Shown here: one piece after another, positions 17,937-27,760 of the stretch
Numbering within the stretch: the stretch's first letter is position 1
Layout: every line of letters starts with the position of its first letter
Virus record (IMG/VR): IMGVR_UViG_3300037851_000831
Span: 32,783 to 96,782 of that record
From: a virus
Length of the DNA: 64,000 nucleotides
Reading direction: 5' to 3' (one strand)
Made by a program: the position numbers and the translations under genes
The notes under the pieces: model-generated
Told to the model about the DNA's origin: nothing
Database searches by the model: none
Seen by the model: only the letters and a program-made list of their open reading frames with translations

Positions 17937-20900
17937 TTAGAGAAGTTCTTTGATGCTGGCAGGAATGCCGTATTTGGCGATAAAGGGAGCGGTGATGATG
18001 AACTCGTCGGAGGTCATCGGATCATAGATGCTGGAGTCATTCTCGGCATCCCGATAATACAGGGGGCGGGGTGCCTTCGACATGTCGAGCGTGAATTTAC
18101 CATCGTCGTAAATCCATATCGTGATGAACTCCTGCACGATATACGTCAGCGAGAGTTTTCCCGCAGCCGTAATCTCGGCTTCGATGTTCTTCATGCTCTC
18201 ATCGAAGTCGTCTTCGTTCGAGTCGTGCTTGTTCATGGAAGACACTCTACCACGATTTCAAAAAAAGTCAAGGGGTTGGGCGAAGATTTTTCATCACCCA
18301 ACCCCTAAAAGTGCCACTACGGATGTATCAGGCAAACATCAACAGCCACGTAACGCCAGACATCACGAGGAAGGCGAAGCCGTAGAGAATGAGATACTCC
18401 GACTGCTCGGAGGTCGTCTCATATTCCCTCGAAACCACGGTCTTTCCATCGGCTGCAAAATTCTCCCGGCGAAGGCGCTTGAAGTTGATCGCATTGCGCC
18501 AAAGGGTAACGGCGAAGAGAGGAACCCACACAATCGCCAGCCCAACACCAAGGATGACGCGAATGAGGTCTTTTCCAATCACCTTGTAGCCGATGATTGC
18601 CATCGTGAACATACCAACCTTCGTGTCAGCGATGGAGTCGGCGTGCTTCTCGACAGCGGTCAGCGCAGCATCAGCAGCCTTACCGAACTCTTCACCCATA
18701 CCGACCCACTTGCCGTAGGTCTCGATCTTGGCTTGAGTACGTTTGGCTTCCAACTCCAAACGCTGCTCCTGTGTGAGCATGTTCTCCGGAATCGTGACCG
18801 TTTGGGTCTGCTGGGCGAATGCCGAGACCGCGAGGATCAGGGCGAGGAACAACGATGTGATGTATTTCATAGGATTGTTAGCGAGGAGGTTTGGGGTTGG
18901 CTGGAAGGTATGTCTGCCCCGGAAGTGCTTCGTGGATAATTACCGGTTTCCTGTTGGTATGGTGCTTGTTCCACAGGGTCATAATAAAGGCACGCGCCTC
19001 TTCCAACTTCAGATACTTTCGGTCGGAAAAACCCTTACCTACGTTGTACCACATTCCAAAAACCCTGTGTTCGGGGTAGAACCAACCATCAAACTCACGG
19101 ACACGATGGCGTTCAAAGAATTTCTGTTTTGGTGTGAGAGGCATCTTATTTGGTATTTGAAGGTGGAAGTAAAAGTTTTCCGCTTGGAAACACTTCGTAA
19201 ATGTGAACCTTTTCCGAAATGGCTTCCGATTCTTCCAATCGGTATTTCGCGATGAGGTACTCCCGAGCCCCTTCGAGGGAGAGATAGAATATCACTTCGC
19301 GATGATCGAGAAGGTATATCCAGAACAACCCGAGAATTTTCTTCTGCGGGTAATACTTGCCCTTCTCGCAGCGAATGCGGTGCCGACGATTGAACTGCTC
19401 CTGAAATGTGAGTTTACTTCTGCTCATTGCGTGGGTCTTTCCCGGTGTGGAAACCGGTCTCATCCTCGTAGCCTTCCGGCGTGTTGTTCTTCCACCACGA
19501 CTTGACGGAGGGCCAAACCGCCCACACCGACGAGAGGAAAATGAAGGCGATGATGAGATAGAGAGGTGCGTTGGAACTGTTCATGAAACCGAGTAGATCA
19601 GGTTTTGAAGAAAAGTCAAGCCTCACCACACATTTTTATAGCGTTCCTTCAGGATGTGAAGAATGACGCACGACACCTGCCAAGAGATATGCCGCTGAGT
19701 GATCAGGATGTTCTCAAGGTGATTCGTATCCAACTGGATGAGCGGTTTGTCAACCCGAGGCTGGTCGCCGTTCGGACCGAAGGTGCCCCACTTGGTTGTC
19801 ATGGCAAGAGCACCAAGATCATCCTCCGACAGCGACGCACGGAACGATTGGATGTTCTTTGCCAACTTGTCGAGACCGGTTGTGTCAACCTCCTGCTTGG
19901 GCAAATTAATCACCGGCTTGCTTGTGGCATGAGGAACCGGCGAACGATAGACGGGCTTGCCGTCTTCGATTTTTTCAATCTCCAGACGAACAGCACTCAT
20001 CTTGACGATAACGGGTCCATCGATCTTTGCCTTCTCAAACTGCACGGAACCGAACTTGTTGATGTTGTAGTTCCAGTCGTTGTGAAGGTCGTGCTGGCTC
20101 ACCCGGTCGGGTAGACTGAACTCCACATACTCGAAGTCAACGCCCTTGCGCGCATCCGATGGAAAGCCAGCCTTCAGATAGTCGAAGCCGCCGTCGATGT
20201 AGTATTGCTGCGTTCGGTCATAATGGAAATCATGACGGTCGCGAGAATAAATCAATTCTCCCGTGGAGTAGACAAGAAGACCGAAGTGACGGAGACGGTT
20301 AATCGACATAGACATGTACCTCACGTTGATGTTCACTCAAGGCAATCACTCGCCCGCCAAAATTGTTGGGACCACCATCACACCAGTTGACTAAGGTCTG
20401 CTCGCCCGGCCATTCCGTTCCCGGCACGAGTCGCGTCACAAGATACTTGTGCGTCGCGCCGCGATTGGAGGTCATGTCTTTACGGAAAGACTTAGACACT
20501 TCTGGATTGTAGTCGCCGAGCATTTTAGCAACCGGTGAAAAGAGAGAGGCACTCGCACTCTTTGCCATGGATGGAGATATGTTTACGAAGATCAGTGAGG
20601 AGATCATCTTTGGTGTATTTCATACTGCGACAGAGGTCAACGAGAGATTCACCCTGAGGTCCGGGGAATCCCATAACGAAATCGCCGTCGTCGGTTTGCT
20701 CGCCGTTCTCGACAGCGGTGCCGATGTCAGCAAGAGTCAGAGCACCATCCTCCATAGAGAAGGCGAGTGCGACATAAAGGAAGGGAGTCTTCTTGAGTTT
20801 CTTTGCCATGATGATTACTTGAGGTGAGTGCAAACGGTCTGCACGATCCAGATGATGCCGGTGATGCCTGCGCCGAGCCCCATGAGCCACGCGAACACAC

Positions 20901-21036
20901 CACCGAACAGATGACCCATGAAGAATCCTTCAATGGAATTGGATCGACCGGTCGCTCCTCGTGCGAAGTTGATGATTACGAAAACCACACCCACAACGAA
21001 TAGGGCGAGGAAGATGAAGAATAGCGTTGGAATCAT
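17937..21036 (-). other. about nine hypothetical genes, including membrane proteins (18328-18870, 20815-21036), tandem paralogs (18878-19144, 19146-19427) and 19623-20336
   Basis: Contiguous minus-strand ORFs; promoters at 18266, 19614, 21066. Confidence 0.6.
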
Positions 21037-21083
21037 GCCGCGAACAATACCAGACGTTTTGAATTTGTCAAGCCCCGGAAGTA

Positions 21084-21113
21084 AAAAAGGGCACCGATTT
21101 CTCGATGCCCTTG
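21084..21113 (-). terminator. intrinsic terminator, identical to 22068-22097
   Basis: CAAGGGCATCGAGAAATCGGTGCCCTTTTT stem-loop plus U tract. Confidence 0.85.
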
Positions 21114-21126
21114 AGGGTCAATCAGA

Positions 21127-21993
21127 TTAACGCCTGAAGCCGTTGTTATAGTTTCCCCGTGCCTTGCCGTTCAATTCCAGCGAATGACCATAACCATTGC
21201 CATTCCCGGTGCAAGTATGATGCGCTGGACCCTTTCCCTTGTTATGACGTTCACAACCACAGGAAGTCGAAGGTGACGAAACAACCACGACAGGTTCAGA
21301 CGCAACGACCACAGGTTCAACCACGGCAGGTTCAACCACTGGATTCACAACCACCGGAACAATCTGTGAAACAATCACATCATCGATTGTGGAGTTGACA
21401 TTTCCAACGTAGCGAGACTCACGAGAATAGAAGGCGACACGACCGTTGCTGGTAAGAGATACCGAGTCGTAGGAATATGCGAGACCGGGAATCTCCACAC
21501 CATCCTTGAACACACTCACCACGCCATTCTGATCGACGATATCGAAATCCATCCACGTATCAAGAGGAATCGGAAGGAAAACCTGCGTGTAGGTCGTACC
21601 TCCGGAACGGCAGACGACGAGTGATTGAGACTCGTTGTAGATACCGAGCACAAGACCATCGGGGCAATGACCGCTATCACCTGTGGTTAGACCGCTCGTC
21701 TTCCACACGAGGTTGGCAGAGTTCCCACCACCGGTCAACTTGACACGGAACGAAATCTCAAGGTTGCCGTCGAACTGACCGACCGTAGTGATATGACCGC
21801 GATTGTACGATACGCCCGTCTCCGCAACCTGACTCACCGCCGAGTCAGCGTAAGGGAGATTGGCATTCCAGAGAGCACCCAGCGTCGGGGTGGAGAAGTC
21901 GTCAGCCATCAGAACAACCTTTTGGGTCGTCTGAGCGAACAGACTGTTGATGGAGATGAGAAGGAGAACGAGCAGATAGTGAATGCTTTTCAT
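21127..21993 (-). CDS. secreted beta-sandwich (lectin/LamG-like) protein with Pro/Val linker and His/Gly-rich tail
   Basis: Signal peptide MKSIHYLLVLLLISINSLFA; DDFS...W, W..FDIV...V.VF.DG, G.VAF, IDDV pattern. Confidence 0.6.
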   Translation of the reverse strand: MKSIHYLLVLLLISINSLFAQTTQKVVLMADDFSTPTLGALWNANLPYADSAVSQVAETGVSYNRGHITTVGQFDGNLEISFRVKLTGGGNSANLVWKTSGLTTGDSGHCPDGLVLGIYNESQSLVVCRSGGTTYTQVFLPIPLDTWMDFDIVDQNGVVSVFKDGVEIPGLAYSYDSVSLTSNGRVAFYSRESRYVGNVNSTIDDVIVSQIVPVVVNPVVEPAVVEPVVVASEPVVVVSSPSTSCGCERHNKGKGPAHHTCTGNGNGYGHSLELNGKARGNYNNGFRR

Positions 21994-22067
21994 GACACCA
22001 TGATACCATTCACAAACAAAAATACAATAGGGTTGATTCCTTATAAAAAGGCAACACGTGCAAAAAC

Positions 22068-22097
22068 AAAAAGGGCACCGATTTCTCGATGCCCTTG
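22068..22097 (-). terminator. intrinsic terminator, identical to 21084-21113
   Basis: 30-bp exact duplicate. Confidence 0.85.
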
Positions 22098-22117
22098 GTT
22101 GGGAGTAGGATTGGCGA

Positions 22118-22378
22118 TTACAGCGCGGCGACCTTCGCACCCTCGACGCGAGCGAACTGCTTCGCACTCGCGCCCCGGCGCTTCTTGATGCGACCACGGG
22201 TCTCACCGACCACCTGAAGACCGCCCGCCGCGATGAGTTTCTGCACCCGAACGTAGAGGGTGATGTACTTCACACCGCGATTCGCGGCACCGATCTGCTT
22301 CATGGTGAAAGCCGAGCGCGTGGGGAGCGTGAGCGGCTTACCGTATTCGAGGCGGGACTGACTGTTCGTGTTTGACAT
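22118..22378 (-). CDS. small basic winged-helix-like protein (paralog of 1363-1644)
   Basis: Sequence similarity to 1363-1644; own promoter and terminator. Confidence 0.65.
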   Translation of the reverse strand: MSNTNSQSRLEYGKPLTLPTRSAFTMKQIGAANRGVKYITLYVRVQKLIAAGGLQVVGETRGRIKKRRGASAKQFARVEGAKVAAL

Positions 22379-22452
22379 ATAGTGTTTGTTTGAGTTGGTT
22401 ATCAACCTTTGATGTGATTCACTATACATCCTTTCTGAAAAAAGTCAAGGGG

Positions 22453-23463
22453 TCAACCGAAGAATTCTGAAAGTTTTTCTTCCTTTTTCTCTAAATGCTT
22501 CGCGATGAGTTCTTTCAAAAGGGCACGCGCAGCAGTCTCATCCTGCGTCAGATAGTTTCGCAGGGCATCACAATGCTCCTTGTCAGCCAGCGTATCCGAG
22601 ATTCTCCTCTTGGAGATATCAACATACTCCTGCTCAATCTCCGTGCCAATGTAATGACGACCAAATACTTTGGCAACGATAGCGGTTGTTCCACTACCCA
22701 TGAAAGGATCAAGAACGATACCACCCGGAGGGCAGCAAGCCGTAACCGGCGTAATGACCAACTCTTCAGGGAACACGGCGAAGTGACCGTAGCCACGAAG
22801 AGACTTGGTGGGAATATCCCACACCGTTCGCATTGGTGTGGTGGGAAGGTATCCTTCCTCCACAACCTTCTTGCGGAGACGTTCGTAGGTCTTGTCTTGG
22901 TTCTCACTGGAAATGGAGTAGCCTGACTTGTTTCCAATGTTCGTGACATCCTTCCGCTTCTCCATATTGTTCTTGCTGAAGATGCGACGGAGGGAGGATT
23001 CCTTCTGAATCGTGCGGGGTTGCTCAAACCAATACTTCTCGTTCTTCGTAAAGAAAAAGAACTTCTCGTGAGAGACGTTGAAGCGATCCTTCGCAGATGA
23101 CGGCTGGGGATTGACCTTGCTCCAGATGACTTCATTGCGGAGCAGCCAGCCCGCACCAGTCATAGCAATCTCAAACCGGCTGGGTACCTGTAGAAGAGAC
23201 TTGCCACTGTGGGTGTCTCCAATGTTGACCCAGCAACTTCCGCCCGGCTTCAGGGCACGTTTGATTTCGTCGAAGATGGCGACGAGGTTCTTGATGTAAT
23301 CCTCAACCGACTTCTCCGTGCCGATCTGGTTCTCAACGTAGCCGTAGTCGCGCAGATTGTAATAGGGCGGCGACGTAACGCACATGTCGATAGACTCGTC
23401 AGGGAATTGACGAATCGTGTCGAGGTTGTTTCCGACGTAGGTGTGGTCTAACTGAAGTTCCAT
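22453..23463 (-). CDS. N4-C/N6-A DNA methyltransferase (beta class)
   Basis: TSPPY catalytic motif preceding DPFMGSGTT SAM-binding motif; HFAVFP. Confidence 0.93.
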   Translation of the reverse strand: MELQLDHTYVGNNLDTIRQFPDESIDMCVTSPPYYNLRDYGYVENQIGTEKSVEDYIKNLVAIFDEIKRALKPGGSCWVNIGDTHSGKSLLQVPSRFEIAMTGAGWLLRNEVIWSKVNPQPSSAKDRFNVSHEKFFFFTKNEKYWFEQPRTIQKESSLRRIFSKNNMEKRKDVTNIGNKSGYSISSENQDKTYERLRKKVVEEGYLPTTPMRTVWDIPTKSLRGYGHFAVFPEELVITPVTACCPPGGIVLDPFMGSGTTAIVAKVFGRHYIGTEIEQEYVDISKRRISDTLADKEHCDALRNYLTQDETAARALLKELIAKHLEKKEEKLSEFFG

Positions 23464-23466
23464 AGT

Positions 23467-24210
23467 TTACAAAAAGTTTGCGTTCTTCTCCAGTGACCGG
23501 GCGCGGATGCGCTCGATGTGCTGGTCAAGTGTGGGATAATTCAACACATTTCCGGAAACATCAAGATGAAAAAATTCATGTGGGAACAAATCGTCAAACG
23601 ACGGGCGAAATAAAGAAATGTCGCATGTCATGATGAAGTCGCGGAGGGAACCCATCTTTCGGTTGTAAGACCCACGCGCAAACCCTCTCGGTCGTGCACG
23701 CTTCGTGTTCGGGTAAACACTGAAGGTTTCGTTATGCACGCTTCCGTTGAGAATCAACTTCATGTCGTAGAGTTCCTTGACGCGGCTTGTGGGGATGCCG
23801 TACACAAGCGGAAGAGTTGCAGCCTTCGACGCCATCCACGGAAGGAAGTTCACGACCACGAACGCGTCATTGCCCGCGAGTTTGGTGAGGAGGTTCGCTT
23901 CGGAGAAGGGGCGATTCTTTCCAATGTCGGTGGAGGGACCGAAGAAGAGATTGTCAACGATGTTTCGCACCTCACACTTCTTAAAGGGGGAGTTAGTGCA
24001 GCCCTCGATATCGAACACTTCCTGTGAGTCATTCGTCTTGCCACCGAGTTTGCGTGCGACCCAAATCTCAGCATCCTTCGACCAGTTCGCGGCATTGAAG
24101 TTCGCTTGGAACATGGAAACGTCTCCATTGTAGTTTTCGTCAACGAACAGGCGAAGCCAACTGCCGGGGGTCAATCTGAACAGGTCGAATGTGAGTGGAG
24201 TCATAGTCAT
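23467..24210 (-). CDS. putative restriction-type endonuclease paired with the MTase
   Basis: 3 nt upstream of the MTase on the same strand; E...FDI...CEVR resembles a PD-(D/E)xK site. Confidence 0.45.
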   Translation of the reverse strand: MTMTPLTFDLFRLTPGSWLRLFVDENYNGDVSMFQANFNAANWSKDAEIWVARKLGGKTNDSQEVFDIEGCTNSPFKKCEVRNIVDNLFFGPSTDIGKNRPFSEANLLTKLAGNDAFVVVNFLPWMASKAATLPLVYGIPTSRVKELYDMKLILNGSVHNETFSVYPNTKRARPRGFARGSYNRKMGSLRDFIMTCDISLFRPSFDDLFPHEFFHLDVSGNVLNYPTLDQHIERIRARSLEKNANFL

Positions 24211-24280
24211 ATCCTAGTTTACGCTATTTTTGGCGGTTGTCAAGAAGCCAAAGATTTTTCGACTTTTTTCTGTGGTACGC

Positions 24281-24358
24281 TTGACAAAATGAAGAAAGGT
24301 GTTATGGTCTTGTTCAACGGCTGGTGAAACAGCTAGGGTGGGGGACCGGAGGCTGGAC
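24281..24358 (+). ncRNA. promoter plus short G-rich element, copy 1
   Basis: TTGACA promoter then GGGGACCGGAGGCTGGAC at 24341-58; at the strand-divergence point. Confidence 0.55.
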
Positions 24359-24458
24359 TGGTGTGTAAAAAAGATGTAAAGGAAAACATTTACATCTTTC
24401 TTCGGAAATCTTTCAAATGCCTATTGACTTTTTTCAATCAACCTGTATGGTGATGGGC

Positions 24459-25040
24459 ATGACGCACAACCTATTTGTCAAGACCGTGAAGGCACGGCAC
24501 GACGCCACCATTATTGGTGTCAACAAGGTGCAGCAGGCTATCGCCCGTGTGACGGGTGGTACCATGCTTGTCGGAGGTGCATACGGTATGCTTTACGAGT
24601 CGGTGTTTGTTCACCAGACCAACCTCGCCGGGGATCATGCTATCTCCTCACCGGGAGGTGCCGTAACCGACCTCTTCTTTCCCGATTTCAACGCCCTCGT
24701 GCAGTTGAAGGCTCATGGTGGCAGTCAACTCGCCGCAGCCTACTATAACGGCGGGAAGACCGTCAAGAAGACCCGTGGCGAGGCAGTCAAGGATTATTGC
24801 CGCAAGGTCGCGGAGCAGTTCGAGGTTCACCCCGACGCTCGATACTTTTACCTTTCGAGTTACAACTCCAAGGCGAACTCTCTCGCCATCTACTACCTCG
24901 CCGAGCGCAAGGGTCGCAAGATCACTTACATCGACGATTACATCCACTACGCTCCGAACGGTTGGAACCCGAAGGCGAAGATCACCCGTGAGATTCATTT
25001 TCACATCAGCGGTCTCCGTCTGGTCGCGAGATATCCCTAA
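24459..25040 (+). CDS. hypothetical protein, possible PD-(D/E)xK nuclease fold
   Basis: YE...TDLFF...VQLKA pattern; own promoter. Confidence 0.5.
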   Translation: MTHNLFVKTVKARHDATIIGVNKVQQAIARVTGGTMLVGGAYGMLYESVFVHQTNLAGDHAISSPGGAVTDLFFPDFNALVQLKAHGGSQLAAAYYNGGKTVKKTRGEAVKDYCRKVAEQFEVHPDARYFYLSSYNSKANSLAIYYLAERKGRKITYIDDYIHYAPNGWNPKAKITREIHFHISGLRLVARYP

Positions 25041-25087
25041 CTTTCTTCAGTGGAAGGCTTGACTTTTCTATAAATCCTGATCTACTC

Positions 25088-26307
25088 ATGCACATGAAGA
25101 CGATCCCGACATTTGCAGACGCGCACGAGTGCGTTGAATGGATTGCTCAGAACACGGTTGCCGACGCCGACGCCGAGGCGAAGGCAACTGCCCGCTCCCG
25201 TCAGGCTGCGACGAACAAGGAGGAATCCTTCGAGCGTTGCGACACTGACGGGTTCCTGTCGCAGTGGGCAGAGGGTCTCGCTTCCGACAAGTATCGGATG
25301 GAGGCTGAGATTGCCCGCAATGGTGGTCTCGCCTGCTTCGAGGTGCTCGTCAATGCGGCGACGGGTGAACTCGTGAGCACCAAACTCTTCCGGTTCCCGA
25401 ATCGCTTCGCACACTGGAAGACCACATCGACGTGGCTCGTTTCCAACATGCCCGGAGTTAAGTGGGTGACGAATTTCGTCAACCGCAACCAGTTCTCCAA
25501 GAAGGGGTTGGAACTGCGTTTTGCCCCACTTCCCGCATTTGTCTCTTACTCCGATCCGCTCAACCGGTGCCCCGAGCCGAAGGGTCTCGGCATGGCGCAC
25601 GCCGTTCGCCCGATGATACTCGTTGATCATCACAAACTTGAGAAGGAAGGCGTGACGGTCTGAGTAATCTCCTCTAAGGGGTGTCATGAGTATGACACCC
25701 CAAGGGGCTTGACTTTTTGTAAAAACCAACCATCATCCAACACATGTCAAATTTCCGAATCGAATCCAATACCGAACATTCAATCGTCATGGTGGCACGT
25801 AATGCGCGCATCCTCGTGTCTTACGGCGATATCGTGGCTGTGCATTACTTTGCGCAGCGGTGTGCATGTGGAAGCATGAAGGAACCGAAAACGTGCATCA
25901 AAGAGAATACTTCCAAGACGACCACGAAATACATCAACCGGTTTCTCGCCGATATCGGATTGACCCGTCGGGACGCAGAATTTCATACCGATGATTTCTT
26001 CACGACCTTGGATTTGATTCTCGACCGTTCGCCCAACTGAAAAATCTCATTTTCAAAAAGTCGGTAAAAAAAGTCGGTAAAATTTCACCTTATGGCAAAG
26101 AAGAGCAAACCTACTCCCATCACACCAACTGAGGAGAATCTATTTCAGATTCCCGTCGTTCTCAATGTGCAAGCCGCTACCCGAGAACAGGCTGTGGCAA
26201 TGGCTGAAATGGCGTTGAAGGATATTCACGCCGACTTCGGTCGCTACATCAAGGGTGAGTTTGACAACCTGTGGGATCACTACGAGAGGTTGACGCGAAA
26301 AAAGTAA
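25088..26307 (+). other. three hypothetical genes (25088-25663, 25744-26040, 26092-26307)
   Basis: ORFs with promoters at 25059 and 25709. Confidence 0.65.
25661..25707 (+). repeat. tandem 21-bp TGAGTA...C(C/T)AAGGG motif, pair 1
   Basis: 25661-81 and 25687-707; second pair at 33425-45 and 33454-74. Confidence 0.65.
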
Positions 26308-26349
26308 GAAACCTCTTGACTTTTGGGAAAAGCGGTACATACTTATCCC

Positions 26350-26668
26350 TTCACTCAAGTAAGTGTTCTTTTCAATTTCCATCCGGATAGGAAAGGTGCA
26401 GTAGCACCCTCTGGTAGATCGGTCCCGAAAGGATGACTGCCAGTGGCTCCCCTCGGGGTTCAGGTCATGCATGACCACTACTGCTGGTAGTGCCTTGGAA
26501 ACTATAGGGCTACCTTGGTAAGATTCATCGCGAATCCTCAAGAAGATAAGAAGACAGAGCCGCTCAGTTGATGAAGTTAATGAGGATAAGCGGAATAGGA
26601 ACGACAACAACGACCCCCATCGAAATCGTTCGCCCTCGAAAAAGGGAAAGCGGTGAATCCCTTACCAA
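26350..26668 (+). ncRNA. candidate structured RNA (about 320 nt)
   Basis: Promoter TTGACT 26316 / CATACT 26338, boxA-like TGTTCTTTTC 26364; hairpins GGTGC/GCACC, CTGGTAG/CTGCCAG; 17-bp long-range stem 26515-31 with 26650-68. Confidence 0.7.
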
Positions 26669-26732
26669 AATAAAAAAACAAAATCTATCTGAAATGGCTT
26701 GACTTTCTGTTTCGAGTATCCGATACTCAACA

Positions 26733-27205
26733 CGTTCTTTGATCACTTTCACTTTACGACGCCTCACAGCAATAGTAAAAACTATAAATGCAAACTGCCG
26801 CAAGGCATGGTTGCCCCGAACCATAAGAGGGGATAGGGGATATGGCTCCCGACGAACTGCCTAGCGTCGTGTAATTTCAATTTCTCCATTACGCCGCGAA
26901 ATGGCAAATGGATTGTGGGTCAGTTCGGCTTTCATCCGATTTTACCTCCGAGTCAGGTCTGTTGTCGCGCTAACATCCCCGCTAAGGGCGATACTTGCGA
27001 GAACCGTTAACCTTCGGAGCGACCCCGTGTTAGACACACTGATAGCACCCTGCATGACCCGTGTGATTGGTCTGTAAGTCGGGCGGGGTTCTGATTCCCC
27101 GTAAGGCGTTGGCTGAAAAGGCTATATGATAAATGAGATAGATTCAAGTCGGGTAGGTGTGGAACGGTAACCAGTCCGGTCCAAATTCGAATCGCCTATT
27201 CGCCA
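26733..27205 (+). ncRNA. candidate structured RNA (about 470 nt)
   Basis: Promoter TTGACT 26699 / GATACT 26722, boxA-like CGTTCTTTGA 26733; no plus-strand ORF; many stems; ends TTCGAATCGCCTATTCGCCA before a terminator. Confidence 0.7.
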
Positions 27206-27237
27206 AAGACCCCGAAGGGACGCCTTCGGGGTTTTTT
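27206..27237 (+). terminator. intrinsic terminator
   Basis: GACCCCGAAGG-GACG-CCTTCGGGGTT plus T run. Confidence 0.9.
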
Positions 27238-27286
27238 GTTGTCCGGGTATTGACTTTTTTCAGAAACCCGTCAACCTGTTCCGACC

Positions 27287-27709
27287 ATGGCACGCATCCG
27301 CAACAAAGACCTCTGCGACCACATTCCGGAGGCAGTAGATATCATCAAGGATATCCGCAAGGCAATTGACTCTGCTCACGTGACGAGTGAGGATTCCAAT
27401 GACTTCATGGGCGACTACCTTGCCCCGCTCGGATTCCGTGAGCATATCTATGCTTCCGGGGTGCCTATCTGGATCAACACCAAGCGTGGTCTGATCGTCA
27501 AGAATCCTTTCTTCGTATCCGACTATGCTCCTGAGTTTCGTACGCCTACCATCTTCTATCGCGACTACGTTATCCAGCGCAAGGTCGGGCGTCTCGACCT
27601 TCGCAATGCCCTACGCCTGCTTCGCAACATGCTGAATCCCACCGTCTACGACCTTCATCGGGGTAACGTTGGCTGGCTTTCAGGTCAGCCAGTTCTTCAT
27701 GATTGGTAA
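27287..27709 (+). CDS. minimal protein-kinase-like fold protein
   Basis: LIVK, DLHRGNVG catalytic-loop-like motif and terminal VLHDW. Confidence 0.5.
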   Translation: MARIRNKDLCDHIPEAVDIIKDIRKAIDSAHVTSEDSNDFMGDYLAPLGFREHIYASGVPIWINTKRGLIVKNPFFVSDYAPEFRTPTIFYRDYVIQRKVGRLDLRNALRLLRNMLNPTVYDLHRGNVGWLSGQPVLHDW

Positions 27710-27760
27710 AAGAATTCAACAGGGCTTGACAATTTACAAAAACCTGCCACACTACATCAC

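Larger units (their letters stand above)
392..24243 (-). promoter_or_regulatory. Array of about 28 sigma70-like early promoters (GGCTTGAC(T/A), A/T-rich 16-17 bp spacer, degenerate -10) on the minus strand
   Basis: Plus-strand (A/T)GTCAA(GCC) near 415, 1349, 2635, 3151, 3957, 4553, 5297, 5691, 7126, 7452, 8626, 9768, 10064, 10840, 11547, 12041, 12322, 12699, 13542, 14373, 15542, 16179, 17052, 18266, 19614, 21066, 22443, 24238; usually about 30 bp upstream of a minus-strand ATG. Confidence 0.85.

Noticed and set aside
392-24243. CRISPR array or integron attC sites for the recurring AAAGTCAAGCC word
   Set aside because: Spacing is gene-sized and irregular; the motif is a -35 box with a matching -10 and lacks attC symmetry; no cas or integrase gene.
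26778-26864. tmRNA: ATAAAT-GCA-AAC resembles a resume codon context, and the unit ends TTCGAAT...GCCA
   Set aside because: The tag would read ANCRKAWLPRTIRGDRGYGSRRTA, which is not ssrA-like, and I find no GGGG 5' acceptor strand or proper T stem. Kept as an unassigned ncRNA.
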